32,000 bases of DNA from Pasteurella multocida (GTDB lineage Bacteria > Pseudomonadota > Gammaproteobacteria > Enterobacterales > Pasteurellaceae), in contig NZ_LT906458.1 of assembly GCF_900187275.1 (NCBI RefSeq), forward strand, positions 270,001-302,000, written 5' to 3'. The position numbers and the translations under genes are program-made. Shown here piece after piece: positions 11,990 to 20,499 of this stretch (positions are counted from its first letter, which is position 1; every line of letters begins with the position of its first letter). The notes beneath the pieces are model-generated. The model did not search any database and was not told where the DNA came from. It saw only the letters and a program-made list of their open reading frames with translations.

Positions 11990-14149
11990 ATGAAACAACT
12001 TTTTGCCACCACTGCCCGTGGTTTTGAAGAATTACTGAAAGTCGAACTAACCGACCTTGGTGCGATGGATTGCCAAATCACACAAGGCGGTGTGCACTTT
12101 CATGCCGATGAGGAAACGCAATATCGCGTGTTGTTATGGACACGTTTAGCCTCGCGGATTTTATTACCCATTGTGACTTGCAAAGTGTATAGCGATTTAG
12201 ATTTGTATTCTGCGGTGGTGGGGCAAAATTGGTTGGATTATTTTGATGAAAAAGCCCATTTTATGGTGGATTTTAATGGCACAAACCGAGAAATTCGTCA
12301 CACCCAATTTGGTGCCATGCGAGTCAAAGATGGGATTGTGGATTATTTTGAGCGTGTAGGTAAACCGCGTCCAAATGTAGATAAATCACAGCCCGATATT
12401 CGTATTCATGCCTATTTAAATCGCGAAGAATTAGTGATCTCCTTAGATTTAAGTGGTGATGCCTTACATATGCGCGGTTATCGTGAAGATACGGGCAAAG
12501 CCCCGTTACGTGAAACCTTAGCGGCAGCGATCGTCTTACGTTCAGGCTGGCAGCTGGGCACACCCTTAGTGGATCCAATGTGCGGTTCGGGTACCTTGCT
12601 GATTGAAGCAGCACAAATGCAAGCCAACATTGCCCCGCAATTACACCGTCTGCATTGGGGCTTTGATTTTTGGAAAGGGCACAATCAACAGGCGTGGGAC
12701 AAAGTGAAAGGCGAGGCGATTGAATTAGCGGAGCAAACGTTTAACCAAAATCAAAAAGCGAATTTTTATGGCTGCGATCTTGATCATCGAGTACTGCAAA
12801 AAGCCAAACGCAATGCCCAAAATGCGGGTGTGGCACATCTTATTCAATGGCGACAAGGCGATGTAGCGGCATTAAAAAATCCATTTGTTGAAGCAAAAGG
12901 CACCGTGATTTGTAACCCACCTTATGGAGAGCGTTTAGGCACGACACCTGCTTTAATTGCGTTATATTCCGTGTTTGGACAACGTTTAAAACAACAGTTT
13001 GCCGATTGGAATGTATCGATTTTCAGTGGCGAGCCGGCGTTATTAGACTGCTTGCGTTTACGTTCACATCGCCAATTTAAAGCCAAAAATGGTCCACTCG
13101 ACTGCGTGCAAAAAAATTATCATATTAGTGCCCGTGCAACAGCGAGTGACGAGAATACACAAAACTTGCCAGAAATTGACCGCACTTTAAGTGCTACTCA
13201 AGTGGCAGTGGATTTTGCCAATCGCTTACAAAAAAATAGCAAAAAAATTGAAAAATGGGCGAGACAACAAGGCATTAATGCCTATCGCTTATACGATGCG
13301 GATTTGCCAGAATATAACTTGGCGGTGGATCGCTATGATGATCATATTGTGGTACAAGAATATGCTGCACCCAAAAATATCGATGAAAACAAAGCACGTC
13401 AGCGCTTATTGGATGCGGTAACCGCTACCTTACAGGTAACAGGTGTAGAAACCAACAAACTGATTTTAAAAGTGCGCCAAAAACAAAAAGGCACCAATCA
13501 GTATGAAAAACTCGCCAACAAAGGTGACTATTTCTATGTCAATGAATATGGCGCCAAATTGTGGGTAAACCTAACGGATTATTTGGATACGGGACTTTTC
13601 CTCGATCATCGTTTAACCCGCAAAATGTTGGGGAAAATGGCGAAAGGCAAAGATGTCCTAAATTTATTTGCCTATACGGGATCGGCGACGGTACATATGG
13701 CGTTAGGTGGTGCAAAATCAACCACTACAGTGGATATGTCAAACACCTATTTAAACTGGGCGGAACAAAATCTGTTATTAAATGACTTGGAAGGTAAACA
13801 GCATAAGTTAATCCAAGCGGATTGCTTACAATGGTTAGCCCGTTGTGACCGTCAGTTTGATCTGATCTTCGTCGATCCACCGACATTTTCTAATTCAAAA
13901 CGGATGGAAGATAGCTGGGATGTGCAACGTGATCACATTAAGTTAATGACCCAGTTAAAACGCATTTTACGTCCAAATGGCACCATCGTGTTTTCCAACA
14001 ACAAACGAGGTTTTAAAATGGACGTTGAAGGCTTGGAAACGCTTGGCTTAAGTGCGGTAGATATTACAGCAAAAACCTTGCCATTGGATTTTGAACGCAA
14101 TAAGCAAATTCATAATTGTTGGGTGGTGAGGTTGAAAGCCGATCTGTAA
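11990..14149 (+). CDS. rlmKL: Bifunctional 23S rRNA methyltransferase RlmKL
   Basis: THUMP and MTase motifs ([34 protein letters not shown]; second MTase [37 protein letters not shown]). Start 11990 preferred over the track start 11969. Confidence 0.95.
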   Translation: MKQLFATTARGFEELLKVELTDLGAMDCQITQGGVHFHADEETQYRVLLWTRLASRILLPIVTCKVYSDLDLYSAVVGQNWLDYFDEKAHFMVDFNGTNREIRHTQFGAMRVKDGIVDYFERVGKPRPNVDKSQPDIRIHAYLNREELVISLDLSGDALHMRGYREDTGKAPLRETLAAAIVLRSGWQLGTPLVDPMCGSGTLLIEAAQMQANIAPQLHRLHWGFDFWKGHNQQAWDKVKGEAIELAEQTFNQNQKANFYGCDLDHRVLQKAKRNAQNAGVAHLIQWRQGDVAALKNPFVEAKGTVICNPPYGERLGTTPALIALYSVFGQRLKQQFADWNVSIFSGEPALLDCLRLRSHRQFKAKNGPLDCVQKNYHISARATASDENTQNLPEIDRTLSATQVAVDFANRLQKNSKKIEKWARQQGINAYRLYDADLPEYNLAVDRYDDHIVVQEYAAPKNIDENKARQRLLDAVTATLQVTGVETNKLILKVRQKQKGTNQYEKLANKGDYFYVNEYGAKLWVNLTDYLDTGLFLDHRLTRKMLGKMAKGKDVLNLFAYTGSATVHMALGGAKSTTTVDMSNTYLNWAEQNLLLNDLEGKQHKLIQADCLQWLARCDRQFDLIFVDPPTFSNSKRMEDSWDVQRDHIKLMTQLKRILRPNGTIVFSNNKRGFKMDVEGLETLGLSAVDITAKTLPLDFERNKQIHNCWVVRLKADL

Positions 14150-14183
14150 GCCAGCGAACAGATAACTTACCTTTTGTAAAATT

Positions 14184-14214
14184 AGCGGTACACTGGTTGT
14201 ACCGCTGATTTTTT
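14184..14214 (+). terminator. Terminator after rlmKL
   Basis: AGCGGTAC-ACTGGTT-GTACCGCT followed by GATTTTTT. Confidence 0.8.
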
Positions 14215-14316
14215 AACGCTATTTAGATGTTTTTTCATTTATTTTCAATATATCATCATCAATTTTAGATTTTTATCATCACTTCCATTTTTTTTATTTC
14301 CATTTCTTTACATTTG

Positions 14317-14344
14317 TTGACATTACTGACAAATCTTGTATGTT
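14317..14344 (+). promoter_or_regulatory. Candidate promoter of the csy1-csy2-csy3-cas6f operon
   Basis: TTGACA (14317-14322) -N16- TATGTT (14339-14344). Strong RBS AAAGGAGG at 14363-14370 before the csy1 ATG. Confidence 0.6.
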
Positions 14345-14379
14345 TATTAATCATAATAATACAAAGGAGGTATAAGATA

Positions 14380-15714
14380 ATGTCACATACGTTTAGAAAA
14401 CGAATTGATTTGTTCCTTCAAGAACAAAACCTCAAAAAATCTGAAAGTGACCGTAAAAAGCTCGCTAAAGCCACTGATCCTACTGAAATTGAACAACTCA
14501 CTCAACTTATTCAAGAATTTGACCAGAAATACCAATTTGATACATGGATAGCCAATGCGGCTAACGTAATGGCGAAACAGCTCAAGTTTGGTACCCATAT
14601 TGCGAAGGGTATTCATCCTGATACAAAAGGTGATAATGTGAATTTCCAACCAAGTGATTCGTTACCTCCTGAGTATGTGGGTTCGCAAAGTGTCAGTCAT
14701 TTAGTGCTCGATGCGAATGGGAATGCGGCAGCTTTGCCTCTTGCTTCCTTTTTCAATTTTATTGTGGATGAAGAAAAACAGGTTAAATTAAGGGATTTAT
14801 TACTTGCCGATGATCCAAGATTAGCAGGCTGTTTTTCTGATGATTTAGCGTTGTCTGACGTCTATAAAAAGCAATTTCAGCAAGCATTAACGGGGGATTT
14901 AACTCAACCTGAAACCCATGAAAGAAACAAACAAGTGTTTTGGGCAAATGGGGAAAATCCGATTGAAGATGATGATTACACCTGTTTAATTCCGCTTTAT
15001 CCTTCCTCTTTGACTCATGCGTTTTACCAAAAAGTGAATAACAATCGCTATTCTGAACAAAATAAACAAGCCAGAGAAAACCGACAGAAAAAAACAGTAG
15101 AGCAAACACATTATCTTTCCATTAATCAGCTCGCCACTGTGGTATTAGGGGGAAGTAAGCCCCAGAATATCTCCCAGTTAATGTCTGCCCAAGGCGGTCG
15201 TAATTACCTTCTTCCTTCTTTGCCACCGATTATACCATCAAGTCGTTATTTTAGACTTTCCCCTTTGCAAACCACAATTTTCAATGATCGTCTTGCTTAT
15301 GCTTGCCGTTATGGTTTACGCCAATTATTTGAGGTGGTGGAAGCACGTAAAAATGTCTATCAAGTGCGAGATAGCCGTATTGATGCCTTAAATAATATTT
15401 TGCGTACGTTTTTATTTCACGCCAATTTATTACAAAAACAACCCGCCGGTTGGTCGAAAGACTCTCAATTGGAAATGTGCGAGAAATATTGGCTTGATCC
15501 AAAGCGTGTACACTTGCCAGACGAAGAGGCATTTCGTGCAGAGTATGAAAAAGGCGAGTGGGTGGCGGAAGTTGAGCGTCGTTTTGCCTTGTGGCTGAAT
15601 AAACGCTTACAAAAACGTTTTCCTCACATTGCCAAGGATTTTGACGACGTGGAATATCATGAATGGCGCCGTAATATTCGTCGCACCTTACGTTATCGTT
15701 TACGCCATCCATAG
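14380..15714 (+). CDS. csy1: Type I-F Cascade large subunit Csy1 (Cas8f)
   Basis: MSHTFRKRIDLFLQEQNLKKSESDRKK...; ends with YHEWRRNIRRTLRYRLRHP. RBS at 14363-14370 supports the 14380 start over 14314. First gene of the csy operon. Confidence 0.93.
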   Translation: MSHTFRKRIDLFLQEQNLKKSESDRKKLAKATDPTEIEQLTQLIQEFDQKYQFDTWIANAANVMAKQLKFGTHIAKGIHPDTKGDNVNFQPSDSLPPEYVGSQSVSHLVLDANGNAAALPLASFFNFIVDEEKQVKLRDLLLADDPRLAGCFSDDLALSDVYKKQFQQALTGDLTQPETHERNKQVFWANGENPIEDDDYTCLIPLYPSSLTHAFYQKVNNNRYSEQNKQARENRQKKTVEQTHYLSINQLATVVLGGSKPQNISQLMSAQGGRNYLLPSLPPIIPSSRYFRLSPLQTTIFNDRLAYACRYGLRQLFEVVEARKNVYQVRDSRIDALNNILRTFLFHANLLQKQPAGWSKDSQLEMCEKYWLDPKRVHLPDEEAFRAEYEKGEWVAEVERRFALWLNKRLQKRFPHIAKDFDDVEYHEWRRNIRRTLRYRLRHP

Positions 15715-15723
15715 GAGGGAAAG

Positions 15724-16707
15724 ATGTTTCAAACCGATTTCTATATTTTATTTGATCATATCAAGGTACAAAGTGCCAATGCGATTTCAGGTCCATTGAG
15801 CTATGGTTTCCCAGCCTTAACAGGCTTAACGGGAGCGATGCACGCACTCAATCGAAAATTAACACACCACCCCGTGCAGTTTGGTGGTGTGATGGTGGCG
15901 TGTCATGATTATGAATTACAAACCTATCAAAACTCGGCATTTTCGGACCGCACTTTTAAACAAACACGCAATCCGATAAAGCGCAATGGTGAGACAGCAT
16001 CGATTATTGAAGAAGGAAAAATCCATTTAGATCTGTCTTTGGTGGTGGAAGTACATGTACAAGATGACCGTGTATTTGAGGCATTGACCGATAAAACCAG
16101 TCAAGCCAGTCAAGATTTTTTACAGACCTGTAAAAATTTACTTTGGCAACAACGCATTGCAGGTGGCTCTGTGCTAGAGATTGGCAATGTCCAGTTATTT
16201 AACTTGGAAGAAGATCAAGATATTCCACTGGCATTGATGCCCGCTTTTGTGTTGATGGATGCAAAACAAGAATTAACCAACATTACTGAAGAACTCAAGA
16301 CGGGCTTACGTATTGGTCAACTCGACGAAGAAGGCAATGTGCAAAAATCCTGTCTTCCAAGTTGCCCTGACGCGACCGCACTGGATGCCCTGTTAGAAAT
16401 GGCAACGGTGCATCATATTCCTGAACACGCAAATGCGACAGCCTCAGCGTGGCAGACATATAGCGTGAAGAAAGGGCGTGGTTGGCTTGTGCCGCTTCCT
16501 GTGGGTTATCAAGCGATTTCCCCACTGTTTGCGCCTGGACAATTGCAGCATTGCCGAACCCAGCAATATCCAAGCCAATATGTCGAAACCCTTTACAGCT
16601 TAGGGAAATGGGTCTTTCCACTAAGCTTACCCGAGAATCTGTCCCAATGTTTTTGGCGTTATACCGCCCTACAAAATAACCTTTATCTGATTTCACAAGG
16701 AGAATAA
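15724..16707 (+). CDS. csy2: Type I-F Cascade subunit Csy2 (Cas5f)
   Basis: FDHIKVQSANAISGPLSYGFPALTGLTGAMHALNRKL typical of Csy2. Operon position between csy1 and csy3. Confidence 0.94.
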   Translation: MFQTDFYILFDHIKVQSANAISGPLSYGFPALTGLTGAMHALNRKLTHHPVQFGGVMVACHDYELQTYQNSAFSDRTFKQTRNPIKRNGETASIIEEGKIHLDLSLVVEVHVQDDRVFEALTDKTSQASQDFLQTCKNLLWQQRIAGGSVLEIGNVQLFNLEEDQDIPLALMPAFVLMDAKQELTNITEELKTGLRIGQLDEEGNVQKSCLPSCPDATALDALLEMATVHHIPEHANATASAWQTYSVKKGRGWLVPLPVGYQAISPLFAPGQLQHCRTQQYPSQYVETLYSLGKWVFPLSLPENLSQCFWRYTALQNNLYLISQGE

Positions 16708-16709
16708 GA

Positions 16710-17717
16710 ATGAGCAAATTATCAACCCCAAGCGTTTTAGCCTTTGAGCGTAATTTGGATATTTCTGATGCGATTTTTGCGCAAAAAGACAGTAAAAATG
16801 ACAAAGATGCGCCTGTGCCTTTGCGTATTCGAGAAAAATCCGTGCGAGGCACGATCTCTAATCGCTTAAAAAATACGATTACTAATGATCCTGCAAAACT
16901 TGATGCAGAAACGGAAAAAGCCAATTTACAACGTGTGGATGTGGCGACCCTAGATGATGACAAAGATACCTTAGTGGCGACATTTAGTGTCAAAGTGCTA
17001 CCTTTTACGGGGCGCCCAAATGTGTGTAATGATCAAGACTATCAACACCAAGTTATGACAACTGTCGCGCAATATTTATCTGAACAAGGTATGGATGAAT
17101 TGGCTAAGCGTTATGCGACCAATATCGCCAATGCACGTTGGTTATGGCGTAATCGTATGGGCGCAGAAAAAATTAAAATAGAAGTCACATGCGGTGAAAA
17201 CACCCTCCATTTTGACGATGCAAAACAGTTTTCTTTAAATCATTTTGATCATCAAGATGACAAGATTCATCAGATCGCTAAAGAAATAAAACAAGGTTTA
17301 TTAGGTGAAAAATTCGTGATTTTGTATGTCACGGCGTATGCCAACATGGGATATGGACAAGAAGTATATCCATCACAAGAATTAGTGTTGGATAACTCAA
17401 CCAATAATCGTAAAAGCAAAATTTTGTATGAAATCAACCAAAAAGCGGGGATGCATTCACAAAAAGTGGGCAATGCAATTCGCACGATTGATACCTGGTA
17501 TGCCGAAGAAGTGGCGTTCCCAATCGCTGCAGAACCTTATGGTGCCGTGACGACATTAGGTACGGCTTTCCGTCAACCGAAAACCAAAAAGAATGACTTC
17601 TATACCTTGTTTGATAATTGGCTTTTAAAAGGCGAAGTCCCACCCGTGGAGCAACAGCATTATGTGATGAGTGTTTTAATTCGTGGTGGTGTATTTGGTG
17701 CAAGTGGTAAGGAATAA
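16710..17717 (+). CDS. csy3: Type I-F Cascade backbone Csy3 (Cas7f)
   Basis: MSKLSTPSVLAFERNLDISDAIF..., MAIL-like GAEKIKIEVT region, tight spacing to neighbours. Confidence 0.94.
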   Translation: MSKLSTPSVLAFERNLDISDAIFAQKDSKNDKDAPVPLRIREKSVRGTISNRLKNTITNDPAKLDAETEKANLQRVDVATLDDDKDTLVATFSVKVLPFTGRPNVCNDQDYQHQVMTTVAQYLSEQGMDELAKRYATNIANARWLWRNRMGAEKIKIEVTCGENTLHFDDAKQFSLNHFDHQDDKIHQIAKEIKQGLLGEKFVILYVTAYANMGYGQEVYPSQELVLDNSTNNRKSKILYEINQKAGMHSQKVGNAIRTIDTWYAEEVAFPIAAEPYGAVTTLGTAFRQPKTKKNDFYTLFDNWLLKGEVPPVEQQHYVMSVLIRGGVFGASGKE

Positions 17718-18280
17718 TGATGACAACCCATTACATTGAACTGAAAGCGATCCCCCAAATGGATATGCTACAAAGTGAGGTGATTGGGCATTGTATGCAG
17801 ATTTTGCATCAATTCTTACCGCACTTTGAAGGACGAGTTGGGGTGGCATTTCCCGCTTACGGCTTAGGGCGGACTCTCGGTGGCATTGTGCGACTTTTTG
17901 CTAATCAGGAAGATTGCAATCAATTACACCAACAATTATTGCGATCTGGCTTATCAGATTATGCTTTAATTAGCGAAGTGAGTAAAACGCCGTTGTCTAC
18001 CGAGTGCCGCAGTTATAGTCGAGTACATCGTAAAGGGCAAAGTGCCATCCGCCGTACCGAAAAACGCTTGAAAAGTCAGGGAAGATGGGATGAGTCCATC
18101 CGTGCAGACATGCAACAACGTCAGCAAAATGTGGCATTTTTCCCACATTGTCATTTAAAAAGTGCGAGCACTGGTCAACGTTTTATTTTGGCAGTGAAAG
18201 AGAACAGAATGCCACAATCTTGTGTTGGTGTCTTTAATGCTTATGGATTAAGCAATAGCGCAACTGTGCCTCACTTTTAA
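17717..18280 (+). CDS. cas6f: Type I-F CRISPR RNA endonuclease Cas6f (Csy4)
   Basis: MTTHYIELKAIPQMDMLQSEVIGHCMQILHQFLPHFEGRVGVAFPAYG. Overlaps the csy3 stop by 1 nt (alternative start 17720). Confidence 0.93.
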   Translation: MMTTHYIELKAIPQMDMLQSEVIGHCMQILHQFLPHFEGRVGVAFPAYGLGRTLGGIVRLFANQEDCNQLHQQLLRSGLSDYALISEVSKTPLSTECRSYSRVHRKGQSAIRRTEKRLKSQGRWDESIRADMQQRQQNVAFFPHCHLKSASTGQRFILAVKENRMPQSCVGVFNAYGLSNSATVPHF

Positions 18281-18290
18281 TCGCATTGTT

Positions 18291-18337
18291 AACCCTTTTT
18301 TCTTATTTGGAATGTTTCCGAATAAGATCAAAGGGTT
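18291..18337 (+). other. Two-tier inverted repeat between cas6f and the array
   Basis: Outer stem AACCCTTT/AAAGGGTT (18291-18298/18330-18337). Inner stem CTTATTTGGAA-TGT-TTCCGAATAAG (18302-18312/18316-18326, one G-U). Confidence 0.7.
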
Positions 18338-18345
18338 ATTGTTCT

Positions 18346-18368
18346 ACCCTAAAAAAGGGTTTTCTTTT
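18346..18368 (+). terminator. Terminator-like hairpin at the end of the csy operon, inside the CRISPR leader region
   Basis: ACCCT-AAAAA-AGGGT followed by TTTCTTTT. Confidence 0.55.
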
Positions 18369-18372
18369 CAGA

Positions 18373-18384
18373 TGTTCTTTAACA
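18373..18384 (+). promoter_or_regulatory. boxA-like antitermination element in the CRISPR leader
   Basis: TGTTCTTTAACA, 11/12 match to the Escherichia coli rrn boxA TGCTCTTTAACA. Confidence 0.6.
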
Positions 18385-18420
18385 AATTGAAATATCCGAA
18401 GATATAACAAAATTCATTTA

Positions 18421-19349
18421 GTTCACCATCGTGTAGATGGCTTAGAAAATTAGCTGAAGACCGATTTATTAGAAATACAGGTTCACCATCGTGTAGATGG
18501 CTTAGAAAGTCGTTGAAACGGCACCATGGGCGTTTGCATTTGTTCACCATCGTGTAGATGGCTTAGAAAGAAACACTAGAAGATTTAACGGTCATTGAAA
18601 AGTTCACCATCGTGTAGATGGCTTAGAAAATTCGATTTCCAGTGCCGAAAATCCATGCCCTGTTCACCATCGTGTAGATGGCTTAGAAAATAATGACGTG
18701 TTCAACTAACGGCTGACAATCGTTCACCATCGTGTAGATGGCTTAGAAACACAACATGTGCTGAAAGTGCGTGAGATTTGAGTTCACCATCGTGTAGATG
18801 GCTTAGAAATACCCGATGTTAGAGGCAATCAAAGTGGAGCTGTTCACCATCGTGTAGATGGCTTAGAAAAAAGTCTCATTTAACACCGCGCGACGCTGGA
18901 AGTTCACCATCGTGTAGATGGCTTAGAAAAAGCCCACCTTGCGCTTGAACAGATGAATTAAGTTCACCATCGTGTAGATGGCTTAGAAATTTAAGCTACG
19001 TTTATCCGCAAGATTCACTACGTTCACCATCGTGTAGATGGCTTAGAAAGTTGGTGCGAATTTCACATCTAAGCTTGAAATGTTCACCATCGTGTAGATG
19101 GCTTAGAAAGTTGGTGCGAATTTCACATCTAAGCTTGAAATGTTCACCATCGTGTAGATGGCTTAGAAAGTTGGTGCGAATTTCACATCTAAGCTTGAAA
19201 TGTTCACCATTGTGTAGATGGCTTAGAAAGTTGGTGCGAATTTCACATCTAAGCTTGAAATGTTCACCATCGTGTAGATGGCTTAGAAAAGTTAAAGCTA
19301 AGAAACTAACGGATATTGCGAGTTCACCATCGTGTAGATGGCTTAAAAA
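18421..19349 (+). CRISPR. Type I-F CRISPR array: 16 repeats of 28 nt (consensus GTTCACCATCGTGTAGATGGCTTAGAAA), 15 spacers of 32 nt except spacer 2 (33 nt)
   Basis: Repeat starts at 18421, 18481, 18542, 18602, 18662, 18722, 18782, 18842, 18902, 18962, 19022, 19082, 19142, 19202, 19262, 19322. Stem CCATC-GTGTA-GATGG and the CTTAGAAA tail are typical of I-F. Last repeat has G25A, marking the leader-distal end. Confidence 0.99.
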
Positions 19350-19380
19350 ACTCATAATCGGAAGAGAGCGAGTTCGAATC

Positions 19381-19408
19381 GTTCATTATAGACTAGATAG
19401 TGTAAACC
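19381..19408 (+). repeat. Candidate highly diverged 17th CRISPR repeat
   Basis: GTTCATTATAGACTAGATAGTGTAAACC aligns ungapped to the consensus repeat at 17/28 positions. It starts 31 nt after the last clear repeat and keeps hairpin potential (CATTAT/ATAGTG). Confidence 0.45.
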
Positions 19409-19472
19409 CTCGCCGGTTTTTAAGACCGGTGTATCCAATACCGTTAAGCAACCTCATTTAAAGAACAGAAAA

Positions 19473-19501
19473 AGCCCATTATACTTATCAGAGAATGGGC
19501 T
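19473..19501 (-). terminator. Hairpin upstream of cas1 that reads as a terminator on the minus strand only
   Basis: AGCCCATT...AATGGGCT. Followed by TTTTTC on the minus strand; no T run on the plus strand. Confidence 0.4.
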
Positions 19502-19518
19502 AGATAAAAGGAGAGATT

Positions 19519-20499
19519 ATGCGCAAGACCCCTTATATTCCGTCTTCGGATTTGAAAACCATTATGCATTCTAAGCGGGCGAATATTTACTATTTAGAAC
19601 ATTGTCGCGTATTACTAAATGGTGGACGAGTGGAATATGTCACCGATGAAGGGCGAGAATCGCTTTATTGGAATATTCCCATCGCTAATACGAGTTGTCT
19701 TTTGTTAGGCAGTGGTACGTCGATTACGCAAGCTGCGATGCGAGAATTATCCAAAGCGGGCGTCATGGTGGGGTTTTGTAGCGGAGGTGGTACACCATTG
19801 TTTAATGGCACAGAAGCCGAAATTGGCTGTGAGTTTTTTAGCCCACAAAGTGAATATCGACCTGTAATGTATTTGCAACAATGGTGCAAATTTTGGTTTG
19901 ATGACGAAAAACGTTTAGCGGTAGCAAAAGCGCTACAACAACAGCGTTTAGCGCTACTTGAGCCGATTTGGTCAAAATTAGAATGGGTGTATTCTTGTGA
20001 AAAACTGACCGCACTTGTGACACAGTATCAACACGAATTCGCACAGGCGGCGCATAGTCAAGCATTACTGGCGGCAGAAGGGCGATTAACCACTAAACTG
20101 TATGCGTTAGCTAATCAAGCAACGATGAATGAACCTGATTTTAAACGCAGTGAGCGAGGAAAAAGTATTGATTTAGTTAATCAGTTTTTAGATCATGGCA
20201 ATTATTTAGCCTACGGCTTAGGGGCAACCGCATGTTGGGTGCTGGGTTTACCTCATGGTTTGGCAGTGTTACATGGCAAAACGCGCCGAGGAGGGCTGGT
20301 TTTTGATGCCGCAGATATCATCAAAGACAGCATGATTTTGCCACAAGCGTTTATTTCTGCTCAAAATGGCGATTCAGAAAAAGAATTTCGCCAAGCCTGT
20401 ATTCAAAATTTACTGCGTTTTGGTGCCTTAGATATCATCATTGAGCGATTGCAACAACTGGCTTTACAAGGAGCGTCAGATGAATATTTTGCTGGTTAG
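19519..20499 (+). CDS. cas1: Type I-F CRISPR integrase Cas1
   Basis: LKTIMHSKRANIYYLEHCRVLLNGGRVEYVTDEG...LLAAEGRLTTKLYALA...GLPHGLAVLHGKTRRGGLVFDAADIIKDSMILPQAF. RBS AAAAGGAGAG upstream. Confidence 0.95.
   Translation: MRKTPYIPSSDLKTIMHSKRANIYYLEHCRVLLNGGRVEYVTDEGRESLYWNIPIANTSCLLLGSGTSITQAAMRELSKAGVMVGFCSGGGTPLFNGTEAEIGCEFFSPQSEYRPVMYLQQWCKFWFDDEKRLAVAKALQQQRLALLEPIWSKLEWVYSCEKLTALVTQYQHEFAQAAHSQALLAAEGRLTTKLYALANQATMNEPDFKRSERGKSIDLVNQFLDHGNYLAYGLGATACWVLGLPHGLAVLHGKTRRGGLVFDAADIIKDSMILPQAFISAQNGDSEKEFRQACIQNLLRFGALDIIIERLQQLALQGASDEYFAG

Noticed and set aside
14215-14380. Possible mobile-element boundary upstream of csy1
   Set aside because: The region is AT-rich but I found no convincing direct or inverted repeat shared with the 23801-23857 flank, and no transposase or integrase remnant.
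15281-17485. Minus-strand ORFs of 70-230 aa inside csy1, csy2 and csy3
   Set aside because: They are antisense to well-supported cas genes, with no RBS or family resemblance. The 232-aa example at 16295-16993 extends across the csy2/csy3 junction and is likely a byproduct of codon usage.
19340-19430. A genuine intact tRNA gene downstream of the array
   Set aside because: The anticodon and T loops are in correct register but the anticodon stem, T stem and acceptor stem do not pair, and there is no CCA or 5' half.
18368-19461. Repetitive peptides (FLSHLHDGE..., CSPSCRWLRK...) from ORFs across the array
   Set aside because: These are translations of CRISPR repeats and spacers on either strand, not genes.
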